64,000 nucleotides of DNA from Methylophilaceae bacterium (GCA_947451235.1 CANFZA010000001.1:8991-72990); one strand, 5' to 3'; shown: positions 50,905 through 63,936, counted from the first letter of the stretch. The notes: generated by a model from the sequence alone, not told the origin. Translations and numbers: made by a program.

Positions 50905-51572
50905 AACATCGCTTTGCTTAATTGCACATCTAAATCATGCAATCTTTCTGGCGTTCCAATATCATGCCAAACACCTTGATAATGCTCAGCGCTAGCTAGG
51001 TTTTGTGCTATCGCTAGGCGTAATAAAGGCGCTAGTTTGGCCGGTTCTCCGCGCACAATGCCGGCAAATAAGTCTGGATGATAAATGCCTACGCCAGAAA
51101 ATGTTAGCTTAGCTTCACCGTCATTTTTCAGCAGGCCATTTTGAATCGCAAAGTCGCCCTGCGGGTGTTGCTCAGGATTATCAACTAAGACCAAATGCGC
51201 TAAATGGTTCTGAGGTAGTGTTAGCGTTGCAAAATCAATGTCAGTAAAAGTATCGCCATTAACCACTAAAAATGGCGCATCCCCCAACAAAGGTAATGCA
51301 TTGGCAATACCACCGGCGGTTTCCAGCGCAATTCCTTCAGCACTATATTGAATCTGCACACCCCACAAACTGCCATCGCCTAAGGCTTGTTCAATTTGTG
51401 CACCTAAATGCGCATGATTAATCACTATTTGTTTAAAACCAGCTTTAGCCAAACGTATCAGATGCCAAACAATGAGCGGCTTTCCGCCCACAGTTAACAA
51501 TGGTTTTGGCGTGTGGTCAGTCAGTGGACGCATACGTTCACCGCGCCCAGCAGCTAATATCATGGCTTTCAT
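50901..51572 (-). CDS. murU: MurNAc-alpha-1-phosphate uridylyltransferase MurU-like nucleotidyltransferase
   Basis: MKAMILAAGRGERMRPLT nucleotidyl-transferase N-terminus; paired with amgK; ATG 51572 preferred over 51653. Confidence 0.8.
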   Translation of the reverse strand: MKAMILAAGRGERMRPLTDHTPKPLLTVGGKPLIVWHLIRLAKAGFKQIVINHAHLGAQIEQALGDGSLWGVQIQYSAEGIALETAGGIANALPLLGDAPFLVVNGDTFTDIDFATLTLPQNHLAHLVLVDNPEQHPQGDFAIQNGLLKNDGEAKLTFSGVGIYHPDLFAGIVRGEPAKLAPLLRLAIAQNLASAEHYQGVWHDIGTPERLHDLDVQLSKAML

Positions 51573-51615
51573 TGCCGTGCTTTCTGCATAAATATTAGCT
51601 GTAAAAGCAGCTGCA

Positions 51616-52629
51616 TTAAAAAGTAAACCCTTCTTTAGCCTGCACATTTTCAAGCTGATTCAGCAAGCGCAACATCGGTCTTAATTCCACATAACGCTCA
51701 CACACTTTGCGTAAATGCGCCATGACGATAGGCATGTCATTTAAATAGCTATCTTTGCCATCCCTATGGCTAAGTCTGGCGAATATGCCCAGCACTTTAA
51801 TGTGCCTTTGCACGCCCATCCATTCAAAATCGCGATAAAACTCGCTAAAATCATCCGGCACCGGCAAGCCAGCTTTTTTGGCGGGTTGCCAATAACGCAC
51901 CGCCCAATCAATAATTTGTTCTTCATCCCAGCTAATATAAGCATCTTTTAACAATGACACTAAATCGTAAGTAATGGGGCCAAATACCGCATCTTGAAAA
52001 TCTAAAACACCAGGGTTATTTTCTTGCGTAATCATCAAGTTGCGTGAATGAAAATCTCTATGCACGTAAACTTGCGCTTGCGCTGATATGTTTTCATTGA
52101 GCACTTTGAAAGTATTCGTTAATACCGCTTGTTGGTCGCTATTTAAACTGGTGTTTAAGTGTTTCGCCACATACCAATCTGGGAACAGTTGCATTTCGCG
52201 CGTGAGTAAGGCTTCATCATAAGCTGGCAACACTTGCGGTTTACTGGCAAGTTGCATTTTAATCAACGTGTTAGTGGCATCTTGATATAGTTTAGGCGCA
52301 GTTTTTGCATCAAGTTTACTCAAATAAGTATCGTCGCCCAAATCACTTAACAACAAAAAACCCTGCGTTAAGTCTTGCGATAACACGTTTGGCACGTTAA
52401 GGCCTGAAGCCAAAAGCAACGTAGCAATATTCACAAATGGCGTGCAGTCCTCTTGTGGCGGCGGTGCATCCATCGCAATTAAGGTATTGTGACCTAAGTA
52501 CGGGCTAGTCAAATGCACTCTAAAATAACGCCTGAAACTGGCATCTGATGAGGCGGTCGTTAAGGTGAAGGCCGCTTGTTGCAATGCATTTGCTAACCAA
52601 GCTTCAAGTTGTTGTTGTCTATCGTCCAC
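51616..52629 (-). CDS. amgK: Anomeric MurNAc/GlcNAc kinase AmgK-like phosphotransferase
   Basis: APH-fold motifs VHRDFHSRNLM and LDFQDA; divergent from lptD as in Pseudomonas. Confidence 0.8.
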   Translation of the reverse strand: MDDRQQQLEAWLANALQQAAFTLTTASSDASFRRYFRVHLTSPYLGHNTLIAMDAPPPQEDCTPFVNIATLLLASGLNVPNVLSQDLTQGFLLLSDLGDDTYLSKLDAKTAPKLYQDATNTLIKMQLASKPQVLPAYDEALLTREMQLFPDWYVAKHLNTSLNSDQQAVLTNTFKVLNENISAQAQVYVHRDFHSRNLMITQENNPGVLDFQDAVFGPITYDLVSLLKDAYISWDEEQIIDWAVRYWQPAKKAGLPVPDDFSEFYRDFEWMGVQRHIKVLGIFARLSHRDGKDSYLNDMPIVMAHLRKVCERYVELRPMLRLLNQLENVQAKEGFTF

Positions 52630-52853
52630 GACTATCTATCCAATATTATAAAATTATTTTGCTGTAATTTAGATGCGGTTAAAGTTTCAGTTTTATGTGA
52701 AAATTATCTTGTTAACCGGCTGAAATGTGATTTATTCATTGCCAAAAGGCCAGATTTATGAGATTTTATCACTGATAAAATAAAATCGTCTGCCTATATA
52801 AACGTGCCGTCTACTCCACCACACATAGTCCTATTAGTTTCAGTGAAAATTTC

Positions 52854-55247
52854 ATGCTAAAAAGCCGTTTTTTAACTGGCTTCGCAGCTGTAATTTTGGC
52901 CTTTAGCATGCGCGCGCAAGCTGAAGCCGAAATCATCACTAACGAGACAACCACCTTAGGCGAGCAAGCGAGCAATTCAACAATCGCAGAAGAGGGTAAG
53001 ACGCTAGACAGTGATCAAATTACTGCCGATTCAATTGTAATTGACGGTGATAAGCTTGAGCTACATCTTGACAGACAAATGCGTGCGCTTGGCAACGCCT
53101 CAATTAGCCGTGGTAAACAAACGATTCTGGGTGATGAAATTGACTACGATGTGCAAAACGACAGCTTGCACGTCCAAGGCAACGTGCGTATTGAGCTTGG
53201 CGATGCCCGATTATCTGGTCCAGAACTGCACATGCGCCTCTCAGAGAACATTGGCGAAATGCGTGATGCATCTATTAGCATCATCAAAGAAACTCCAAGG
53301 CAATTAAAAAATAGCGCACAAATTGCCACCCAAAATTTAGCCACCCAAGTAAATGACACATCAACAAACTTTTCAACTGGTGCAGATGAAGATAATGCTA
53401 CGCGCATGCCACAGCAATCTAGAGGTGATGCAAAAGCAATCTTTTTTGATGGCCAAGATAAAAAACGCCTTAAAGATGCGCGCTATACCACTTGTGCCGC
53501 TGGCGTTGATGATTGGTACATTAAGGCCGGTGAATTAGCACTCAATGACTTTACTGAATCTGGTGTTGGTAAAAATGCTTATATTGAATTTAAAAAAATC
53601 CCGATTCTTTACACGCCGTGGATTAGCTTTTCATACAGCGGCCAACGCAAAAGCGGCTTACTTGCACCCTCTTTTGGTAGCACCACTAACACCGGTTTTG
53701 AATTAGCGGCTCCCTATTATTGGAATATTGCGCCCAATATGGATGCTACGCTAACCGTGCGTGAAATGAGTAAGCGTGGCATACAGCTACAAGGTGACTT
53801 CAGGTACTTAACAGAGAATTTTTCTGGTAAAGATGCTTTAGAGTATTTGCCTAACGATAACCAGACTAGCCAAACTCGTTATTACGCAAATCTAAAACAT
53901 CAACAAAATTTTGGCAATGGCTGGTCTGCCGGCTATAGCCTTGAAAAAACTTCTGATAATAAGTATTTTTCGGAGTTATCTACACGCATTGTCACTACCA
54001 GCCAAATTATTCTGCCCCAGCAATTTAATGTAGATTATGCAGATGAAAACTGGCGCTTTAATGCCTTGGCACAAAAGTTTCAAACGCTAGATGACAAAAC
54101 CTATCCTTATGAGCGCCTGCCGCAGATGACGCTTAACGGCAACAAATACTTTGGCGACACCAATGCCAATTTATATACGCAACTTGTCGCTTTTGATACC
54201 AATAAAAATGCCCCTAGCCTACCTCTTTTACCTACAGGCACACGGCTAACCTTATATCCAAGCATTAGCTTGCCTATGAGTCGGCCTTACGGTTATATCA
54301 CGCCAAAATTAGGCATTCATTACACCAATTACGCACTTAACAATGTTGCCAATAATTTAGAATCGCAACAACGTACATTGCCGATATTTAGTCTAGATAG
54401 TGGTTTGTATTTTGACCGCGCCTTGAAAGTTGGGCCAAGAGACTACACGCAAACACTAGAACCTAGGATTTTTTACGCTTACATTCCCTATAAAAATCAA
54501 TCTAATATTCCAGTATTCGATACCGGTGAAGCAGATTTAAACTTCAGCACGCTATTTCGTGAAAATCGCTTTACCGGCAATGACTTAATCAATGATGCGA
54601 ATCAGCTAAGCTATGCACTCACCACACGTTTAATTGAAACCGATACTGGCGCCCAACGCCTTTCTGCCACCATTGGCCAGCGTTATTATTTTAATAGCCC
54701 CAAAGTCACGCTACCCGGCGCTGCGTTAAATCAAAGTAATAGCTCAGATATTGTTGCCGGCCTTAGTGCTAATTTAAGAAGCAGTTGGAGAGTCGATACT
54801 TTCCTGCAATACAGCACACAAAACTCCAATGCCGTGCGCACTACATTGGCTAGCCGCTATAATCCAGAGCCAGGCAAAACGCTTAATCTTAGTTATAGCT
54901 ATAAGCCAGACTTAGTAGGTGAACTTGTACCTAGCGGTATCAATCAGTTTGATGCTTCTGGCCAATGGCCACTAGGGCAAGGTTGGTATGGTGTTGGACG
55001 CGTGAACTATTCATTAAAAGAAAATCAAATTATCGAAACTTTAGCAGGTGTAGAATATAATGCGGGTTGCTGGCAAACAAGATCCGTCATTCAGCGTGTA
55101 AGTACGGCAACCGCGCAGGCTAACTATGCCTTATTTTTCCAGCTTGAACTTGGTGGGCTTGCCTCTATAGGCACCAATCCGCTTAGTATTATAAAACGCA
55201 GTATCCCAGGTTATGCCAGTTCAGGCCTGACTCCTGACGCTTATTAA
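52854..55247 (+). CDS. lptD: LPS assembly outer-membrane protein LptD
   Basis: 797 aa, signal peptide, OstA N-domain, large beta-barrel; lptD-surA-pdxA-rsmA order. Confidence 0.93.
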   Translation: MLKSRFLTGFAAVILAFSMRAQAEAEIITNETTTLGEQASNSTIAEEGKTLDSDQITADSIVIDGDKLELHLDRQMRALGNASISRGKQTILGDEIDYDVQNDSLHVQGNVRIELGDARLSGPELHMRLSENIGEMRDASISIIKETPRQLKNSAQIATQNLATQVNDTSTNFSTGADEDNATRMPQQSRGDAKAIFFDGQDKKRLKDARYTTCAAGVDDWYIKAGELALNDFTESGVGKNAYIEFKKIPILYTPWISFSYSGQRKSGLLAPSFGSTTNTGFELAAPYYWNIAPNMDATLTVREMSKRGIQLQGDFRYLTENFSGKDALEYLPNDNQTSQTRYYANLKHQQNFGNGWSAGYSLEKTSDNKYFSELSTRIVTTSQIILPQQFNVDYADENWRFNALAQKFQTLDDKTYPYERLPQMTLNGNKYFGDTNANLYTQLVAFDTNKNAPSLPLLPTGTRLTLYPSISLPMSRPYGYITPKLGIHYTNYALNNVANNLESQQRTLPIFSLDSGLYFDRALKVGPRDYTQTLEPRIFYAYIPYKNQSNIPVFDTGEADLNFSTLFRENRFTGNDLINDANQLSYALTTRLIETDTGAQRLSATIGQRYYFNSPKVTLPGAALNQSNSSDIVAGLSANLRSSWRVDTFLQYSTQNSNAVRTTLASRYNPEPGKTLNLSYSYKPDLVGELVPSGINQFDASGQWPLGQGWYGVGRVNYSLKENQIIETLAGVEYNAGCWQTRSVIQRVSTATAQANYALFFQLELGGLASIGTNPLSIIKRSIPGYASSGLTPDAY

Positions 55248-55268
55248 CAAATTATACGAGTAATCATT

Positions 55269-56588
55269 TTGCGCCATTTAAAAAATATTTTATTACTAGC
55301 CTCAGCCGCTATCACACTCGCTTACATGCCTATCGCTAACCTGAGCGCACAAGCGGCAGAAGTAGTTAAGTTAGACCGAATTGTGGCCATTGTTGACCAA
55401 ACTGTAGTCACTGAACAAGAGTTAGAAAGCCGCATTCGCACCGTGACCGCACAGTTTAAAAAACAAGGTACCGAGCTGCCTGCAGACAATATTTTGCGTA
55501 AGCAAATTTTAGAGCGCCTAATTTCCGACACTTTGCAATTGCAATACGCGGCGCAAACTGGCCTTAAAGTAGATGATAACCAACTAGATAAAACAGTTGA
55601 ACGTATCGCCGAACAAAATCAAATGTCACTGACTGAGTTTACTGAGGCCTTGGCAAAAGATGGCGTGAGTATGCGCAAATTCAGAGCGGATATTCGTAGC
55701 GAAATTACTATTGCGCGCCTACGCGAGCGTGAAGTAGATAGCCGCGTGAATGTCAGTGAATCAGAAATTGATAACTTTTTAACTACGCAAGCGGCTACCA
55801 ATCAAAATCAGGATGAATTTGAAATTTCTCATATTTTAATTCGCACCCCAGAAGAAGGCGCAACTGAAGACATTCAAAAAGCAAAAGCAAAAGTGGATGA
55901 AGCAATGAAGGCTTTACAAGCCGGCACCAGCTTTGCCAAAGTATCAGCCAGTTTTTCAGACGCACCAAATGCGCTTGAGGGTGGAAACTTAGGTTGGAAA
56001 AGTGGTCAACAAATACCTGCACTATTTTTAGATGCTTTAAAAACACTACAAGTGGGCGAGCTTTCACAGGCTTTGCGTAGCCCAAACGGCTTTCATATAT
56101 TGAAGCTTACCAACAAGCGTGGCGGCAATTCTCCGCTAGTAATTGAGCAAACGCATGCGCGCCATATCCTCATTAAACTTTCAGAAGTCACCACTGAAAA
56201 AGAGGGTAAAGCCAAAATGGACGGCATTAAAGAGCGTTTAGATAATGGCGAGAAATTTGAAGTGTTGGCACGCCAATTTTCAGAAGATACTACAGCTTCA
56301 AATGGCGGCGATTTAGGCTGGGTAAACCCTGGCGATACTGTACCGCAGTTTGAAAAAGCCATGAACGAGCTTAAGTACAACGAAATTAGCGCGCCTGTTC
56401 GTAGCCAATTTGGTTGGCACATTATTCAGGTGCTAGAACGCCGCAAGCAAGATATGAGTAAAGAAGCGGCGCGCTTAAAGGCACGCCAGGAAATTCGCAC
56501 TAGAAAAGCCGATGAAGCTTATCAAGACTGGGTACGTGAATTACGTGATCGTGCTTATGTAGAATTGAAACTTGAAGACAAATTTTAA
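55269..56588 (+). CDS. surA: Periplasmic chaperone/PPIase SurA
   Basis: Signal peptide; two parvulin domains (HILI...GGNLGW and HILIK...GGDLGWV); TTG start. Confidence 0.93.
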   Translation: MRHLKNILLLASAAITLAYMPIANLSAQAAEVVKLDRIVAIVDQTVVTEQELESRIRTVTAQFKKQGTELPADNILRKQILERLISDTLQLQYAAQTGLKVDDNQLDKTVERIAEQNQMSLTEFTEALAKDGVSMRKFRADIRSEITIARLREREVDSRVNVSESEIDNFLTTQAATNQNQDEFEISHILIRTPEEGATEDIQKAKAKVDEAMKALQAGTSFAKVSASFSDAPNALEGGNLGWKSGQQIPALFLDALKTLQVGELSQALRSPNGFHILKLTNKRGGNSPLVIEQTHARHILIKLSEVTTEKEGKAKMDGIKERLDNGEKFEVLARQFSEDTTASNGGDLGWVNPGDTVPQFEKAMNELKYNEISAPVRSQFGWHIIQVLERRKQDMSKEAARLKARQEIRTRKADEAYQDWVRELRDRAYVELKLEDKF

Positions 56589-56603
56589 TATAATATTATT
56601 CAA

Positions 56604-57611
56604 GTGAGCACAAAATTACCTAGCATCGCCATCACCGCAGGTGAACCTGCTGGCATAGGCCCAGATTTATGCGTAATGCTGGCCTACAAACCACTAAACG
56701 CAAAAGTAGTGGTTATTGCCGATGCAGACATGCTTAAAGCGCGCGCCGCCCAGCTTAAATTACCATTAAAAATCAACCCTTACGTTGAAGGTGTAATCGC
56801 ACAACATCTTGGCGATGGCGAATTGACAGTTATGCATCAGGCACTAAATGAACCTGTTGTGGCGGGTAAACTTAGTGCGCTAAATAGCCAATATGTATTG
56901 GATACTTTAACGACCGCTGGCTTAGGTTGCCTTAGCAATCAATTTGATGCGATGGTAACCGCCCCAGTACACAAGGGTATTATCAACGATGCAGGCATTG
57001 CCTTTAGTGGCCATACCGAATTTTTAGCAGAACTGACCAATACTGAACAAGTCGTCATGATGCTAGTTGGCGGTGGCATGCGCGTTGCACTCGCCACCAC
57101 ACATTTAGCGCTTAAAGACGTGCCAGCCGCTATTACAAAAAATAGCCTAACAACCACTATTCGTATTCTGCATCACGATTTAGTACATAAATTTGGCATA
57201 ACGCATCCACGTATTTTGGTGGCGGGCTTAAATCCGCACGCCGGTGAAGATGGTTATTTAGGCCGTGAAGAAATTGATATCATCAACCCAGTGTTAGAAA
57301 AATTACGTGCCGAAGGTATGAATTTGGTCGGCGCTTTACCTGCCGATACGCTATTCGCCAAACATCATTTGGCTAAGGCCGACGCTGTATTGGCGATGTA
57401 TCACGACCAAGGTTTACCCGTGCTTAAACATGCCAGTTTTGGCGAAGGCGTCAATGTGACGCTGGGCTTACCTGTTATTCGCACCTCGGTTGATCACGGA
57501 ACGGCCTTAGATTTAACTGGCACCGGCAATATTGAAATTGGCAGTATGCTGGCAGCTATTGAGTTGGCAGTTACATTGGCGGACAATAAATTGAAAAACA
57601 TAAATAACTAA
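56604..57611 (+). CDS. pdxA: 4-hydroxythreonine-4-phosphate dehydrogenase
   Basis: ITAGEPAGIGPD, GHTEFLAE, TSVDHGTA motifs; GTG start. Confidence 0.94.
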   Translation: MSTKLPSIAITAGEPAGIGPDLCVMLAYKPLNAKVVVIADADMLKARAAQLKLPLKINPYVEGVIAQHLGDGELTVMHQALNEPVVAGKLSALNSQYVLDTLTTAGLGCLSNQFDAMVTAPVHKGIINDAGIAFSGHTEFLAELTNTEQVVMMLVGGGMRVALATTHLALKDVPAAITKNSLTTTIRILHHDLVHKFGITHPRILVAGLNPHAGEDGYLGREEIDIINPVLEKLRAEGMNLVGALPADTLFAKHHLAKADAVLAMYHDQGLPVLKHASFGEGVNVTLGLPVIRTSVDHGTALDLTGTGNIEIGSMLAAIELAVTLADNKLKNINN

Positions 57612-57652
57612 TGAAACAAACCGTATGAAACAAACCGTATGAAACACATCGC
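57611..57652 (+). repeat. 14-bp tandem repeat (ATGAAACAAACCGT x2 plus diverged third copy) spanning the rsmA start
   Basis: ATGs at 57611, 57625, 57639; the first two open 5-codon ORFs MKQTV-stop, the third is rsmA. Confidence 0.9.
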
Positions 57653-58430
57653 AAAAAAACGCTTCGGCCAAAATTTTCTAACAGATCAAGGTGTTATTAC
57701 CAGTTTAGTAGAAGCTATTTCACCCAGAATGGACGACCTGTTAGTTGAAATTGGCCCAGGTTTAGGTGCGCTGACCAAGCCTTTATTGCAACGCTTAAAA
57801 CTGTTGCATGTGGTTGAAGTTGACCGTGACATCATCGCTTGGATGCAAACCGAGTATAGCAAGCCAGCCTATAGCAACAACGCCATTGAAATTCACAATG
57901 CCGATGCGCTGAAATTTGATTTCACCAGCTTAGGTGATAATTTGCGCGTAACCGGTAATTTACCTTATAACATTTCAACGCCCATTTTATTCCACCTTCT
58001 CGATAACGTGTCACACATTACCGACATGCATTTTATGCTGCAAAAAGAAGTAGTAGAACGCATGGTAGCGCATCCATCAACGCCAGCCTACGGCCGCTTG
58101 AGCGTGATGCTGCAATACCGCTTAAAAATGGATTATTTAATCACTGTGCCGCCAGAAGCGTTTGAGCCAGCACCAAAAGTTGAATCCGCCTTTGTACGTT
58201 GCGTACCGCATGCTGCATTGCCATTTGTCGCAAAAGATGAAGCGCTGTTTGCCAAAGTAGTACTAGCCGCCTTTGGTCAGCGTCGTAAAACCTTACGCAA
58301 CACGCTAAAAGGCTTGCTTGAAGATGATGGATTTATCGCGCTGAATATTAATTCGCAACTTCGGGCTGAGAATTTAAGCGTGGCGGATTTTGTTTCTATT
58401 GCAAATTACTTAAGCGAAATTAACGCTTAA
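57639..58430 (+). CDS. rsmA: 16S rRNA (adenine1518/1519-N6)-dimethyltransferase
   Basis: KKRFGQNFL and SAM motif EIGPGLGALT. Confidence 0.95.
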   Translation: MKHIAKKRFGQNFLTDQGVITSLVEAISPRMDDLLVEIGPGLGALTKPLLQRLKLLHVVEVDRDIIAWMQTEYSKPAYSNNAIEIHNADALKFDFTSLGDNLRVTGNLPYNISTPILFHLLDNVSHITDMHFMLQKEVVERMVAHPSTPAYGRLSVMLQYRLKMDYLITVPPEAFEPAPKVESAFVRCVPHAALPFVAKDEALFAKVVLAAFGQRRKTLRNTLKGLLEDDGFIALNINSQLRAENLSVADFVSIANYLSEINA

Positions 58431-58509
58431 CTTAGAATCTAAAAAAAAGCTTAAGGCCACTTTTAAAACAGGCGCTAAGTAGCATTTAAAACAAGTAATA
58501 AACAAACCC

Positions 58510-58537
58510 CGTCATTCCGATGAAAATCGGTATGACG
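58510..58537. repeat. REP family 2-related single hairpin
   Basis: cgtcattccgat-gaaa-atcggtatgacg (12-bp stem, 1 mismatch). Confidence 0.7.
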
Positions 58538-58593
58538 AGATTAACGGCAAAATGAGCGCTACTGCATACAGAAATGCAATATATCGCATCTGA

Positions 58594-59298
<705 letters not shown>

Positions 59299-59311
59299 TT
59301 AAGCATGGTTC

Positions 59312-59344
59312 GGTGTGCAAATAAAACCATTTTGCACACCCTAC
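59312..59344. repeat. 33-nt hairpin element, copy 2
   Basis: ggtgtgcaaataaaaccattttgcacaccctac; 30/33 identical to copy at 50872; 14 nt after adk stop. Confidence 0.8.
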
Positions 59345-59760
59345 TTACTAAAATGCATTGCACCCGCGCTTGCTACTTCTTATTCGGAGTTTTACGCTAA
59401 ACTAATACGCCCTACTTCCAAATCCCCTGCTGTCACGCGGAGTAGCGCAGACTTAATGGGAGGTTTTGGTAATCGGCTGTTTGAGCGTAGCGAGTTTCCG
59501 ATTGCCACCCATCAAGACGAGTAACGCAGGGAACAGCGACAGGGGGTAGCCTTCCACAACCGACTTAGTGCTTTAGCACTTAGCGAGGTTGGGGATGCCA
59601 CCTGCCGGTATTCTTTGGTGACTTTCTTTTGGCTAAGCAAAAGAAAGTCACTCGCAAAACTAATTCGCAGGTAGCGCGAAAGCGACAAACCACCAATACG
59701 CTCCAACCTAAAATTCAAAGCCACTAGATTCCGACTTTCGTCGGAATGACTGGCTGTTCC
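59345..59760. other. Hairpin-rich orphan intergenic segment (possible ncRNA, MITE or REP mosaic)
   Basis: 13-bp perfect hairpin gtgactttctttt/aaaagaaagtcac (59618-59651); REP family 2 unit at 59727-59750; iterated (G/T)AGCG motifs; no credible ORF. Confidence 0.4.
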
Positions 59761-59796
59761 ATCTGAAACTCAACATTACGCACAAGCTGACAAACC

Positions 59797-59825
59797 ATGA
59801 CGTAAACAATGCTTCACGGTATAAT
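59797..59825 (+). promoter_or_regulatory. Sigma-70-type promoter candidate for leuS
   Basis: ATGACG, 17-nt spacer, TATAAT (perfect -10), about 35 nt upstream of leuS ATG. Confidence 0.5.
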
Positions 59826-59854
59826 CCAGCTATCCAAAAAATTCTCAAGAATAG

Positions 59855-62326
<2,472 letters not shown>

Positions 62327-62376
62327 TATTGTGAATATCAGCACTGTTTTCAACAATGCTATCGAGGAAATTAACG

Positions 62377-62916
62377 ATGCAAAATAGATTAACTGGGTCA
62401 AACAGATTAACTGGGCAAAGCAGATTCACCAAACCAGCACTAGCTTTGGTATTATTGCTAAGCTTCACCCTTGCCGCGTGCGGATTCCAGCTACGCGGCG
62501 TGGCTGATTTGTCATTCAAAACGCTTTATATCCAAGGCGGCAATTTAAGTATTTCTAGAGAGCTAAACCAGTCATTAAAAACCAATGGTATTCAAGTAGT
62601 CAAAGAAGTCGCAGATGCTGAACTATTGCTAGAAATGCTGGGGGAGATCAACGAGAAACGCATTTTATCCTTAAGCGGCGGTGGTGTAGTACGTGAATAT
62701 GAGCTGAATTACAGTGTTAAATTTAGAACACGCGCGCCAGCAAACCCAATCTGGAGCCAAGTACAAACAGTACAAGCGCGTCGTGATTTTTCGTACAACG
62801 ACAATGCTTTGCTAGGGAAATTGGATGAAGAAGCCAACTTAGTGATTGATATGCGCCGCGATGCGGTGCGCGAAGTGTTGCGTCGCTTAACGGCTATTAA
62901 GCCAGCAAATCAATAA
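62377..62916 (+). CDS. lptE: LPS assembly lipoprotein LptE
   Basis: Lipobox LAAC; leuS-lptE-holA order; GAGGA 8 nt before ATG 62377 (ORF opens at 62356). Confidence 0.85.
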   Translation: MQNRLTGSNRLTGQSRFTKPALALVLLLSFTLAACGFQLRGVADLSFKTLYIQGGNLSISRELNQSLKTNGIQVVKEVADAELLLEMLGEINEKRILSLSGGGVVREYELNYSVKFRTRAPANPIWSQVQTVQARRDFSYNDNALLGKLDEEANLVIDMRRDAVREVLRRLTAIKPANQ

Positions 62917-62922
62917 CTGCAA

Positions 62923-63936
62923 ATGCGCCTCGCAACCACTCAACTAGCAAGCCATCTCAAACAAGGCTTACAGGCGTTATATGTTTTAGTGGGCGACGAA
63001 CCGCTGGCGCAGCGCGAAAGTTTAGATGCGATTCGTGCAGCAGCGCGCGCGCAAGGCTATGATGAACGTAATAGTTTGATGGTTGAGCGTTATTTTAATT
63101 GGCAGCAAATTCAATCTTACGGCCAAGCAATTTCGCTGTTTGCCAGTTTGCGCTTGTTAGAAATTAACATTCCAAATGGCAAACCCGGTATTGATGGCGG
63201 TAAAGCTTTACAGGCCATAGCCAGCAAACCGATTGCGGATACTTGCGTGGTGATTATTCTGCCAAAACTAGAGCGTGAAGCTAAAAGTAGCGCTTGGTTT
63301 ACTGCCTTAGAGAAACAAGCTGTAACAATTGCGCTGGATGAAGTAGAAGCTACGCATTTACCAAAATGGATCGCCAGCCGCCTTGCGCTTCAAGGTCAGA
63401 AAACCAGTCAGCAAACACTAGAGTTTTTAGCCCACCAAGTAGAAGGTAATCTACTGGCAGCCGATCAAGAAGTACAAAAATTAGGCTTGCTGTATCCGCA
63501 AGGCGAATTAAGTGATGCGATTGTGCGTGAGGCTGTGCTAAATGTGTCGCGCTATGACGCTTTTCAGCTAGGCGAAGCGGTGCTGGCAGGCGATGCTGAA
63601 CGCACAGTACGTATTTTGCAAGGTTTGCAAGACGAAGGTGAAAACGCAGTAGCGGTGATGAACCCGTTAATGTGGGCACTACGACCGTTGGTGCGCATTA
63701 AACAAGCAGAAGCGCGTGGTGAAAATATGGCCACAGCCATGACTAACGCACGCATTTATGGTGATAAACAAGCGTTAGTCAAACGAGCATTAGCTAGATT
63801 AAATTTGCGCCAACTAGAAGCTGCCTTGCAAAAACTGGCCGATATTGATAGAACCGCTAAAGGTGTGATGATAGGCGATGCTTGGCTGGAAATTTCTAGG
63901 CTTTGTTTTGGCTTGGCTAAAGTACGCGGGCGCTAG
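62923..63936 (+). CDS. holA: DNA polymerase III delta subunit
   Basis: 337 aa, position after lptE, N-terminal LYVLVGDEPL pattern. Confidence 0.88.
   Translation: MRLATTQLASHLKQGLQALYVLVGDEPLAQRESLDAIRAAARAQGYDERNSLMVERYFNWQQIQSYGQAISLFASLRLLEINIPNGKPGIDGGKALQAIASKPIADTCVVIILPKLEREAKSSAWFTALEKQAVTIALDEVEATHLPKWIASRLALQGQKTSQQTLEFLAHQVEGNLLAADQEVQKLGLLYPQGELSDAIVREAVLNVSRYDAFQLGEAVLAGDAERTVRILQGLQDEGENAVAVMNPLMWALRPLVRIKQAEARGENMATAMTNARIYGDKQALVKRALARLNLRQLEAALQKLADIDRTAKGVMIGDAWLEISRLCFGLAKVRGR

Noticed and set aside
52763-52781. 19-bp perfect palindrome attttatca-c-tgataaaat about 75 bp upstream of lptD, possibly an operator
   Set aside because: It sits in AT-rich intergenic DNA. A palindrome of this size is near chance expectation for a 64-kb window of this composition.
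59315-59724. 69-aa (+) and 70-aa (-) ORFs in the adk-leuS gap
   Set aside because: They overlap hairpin and repeat sequence, have low-complexity junk-like translations and no RBS. I treated them as non-coding (see the finding on this region).
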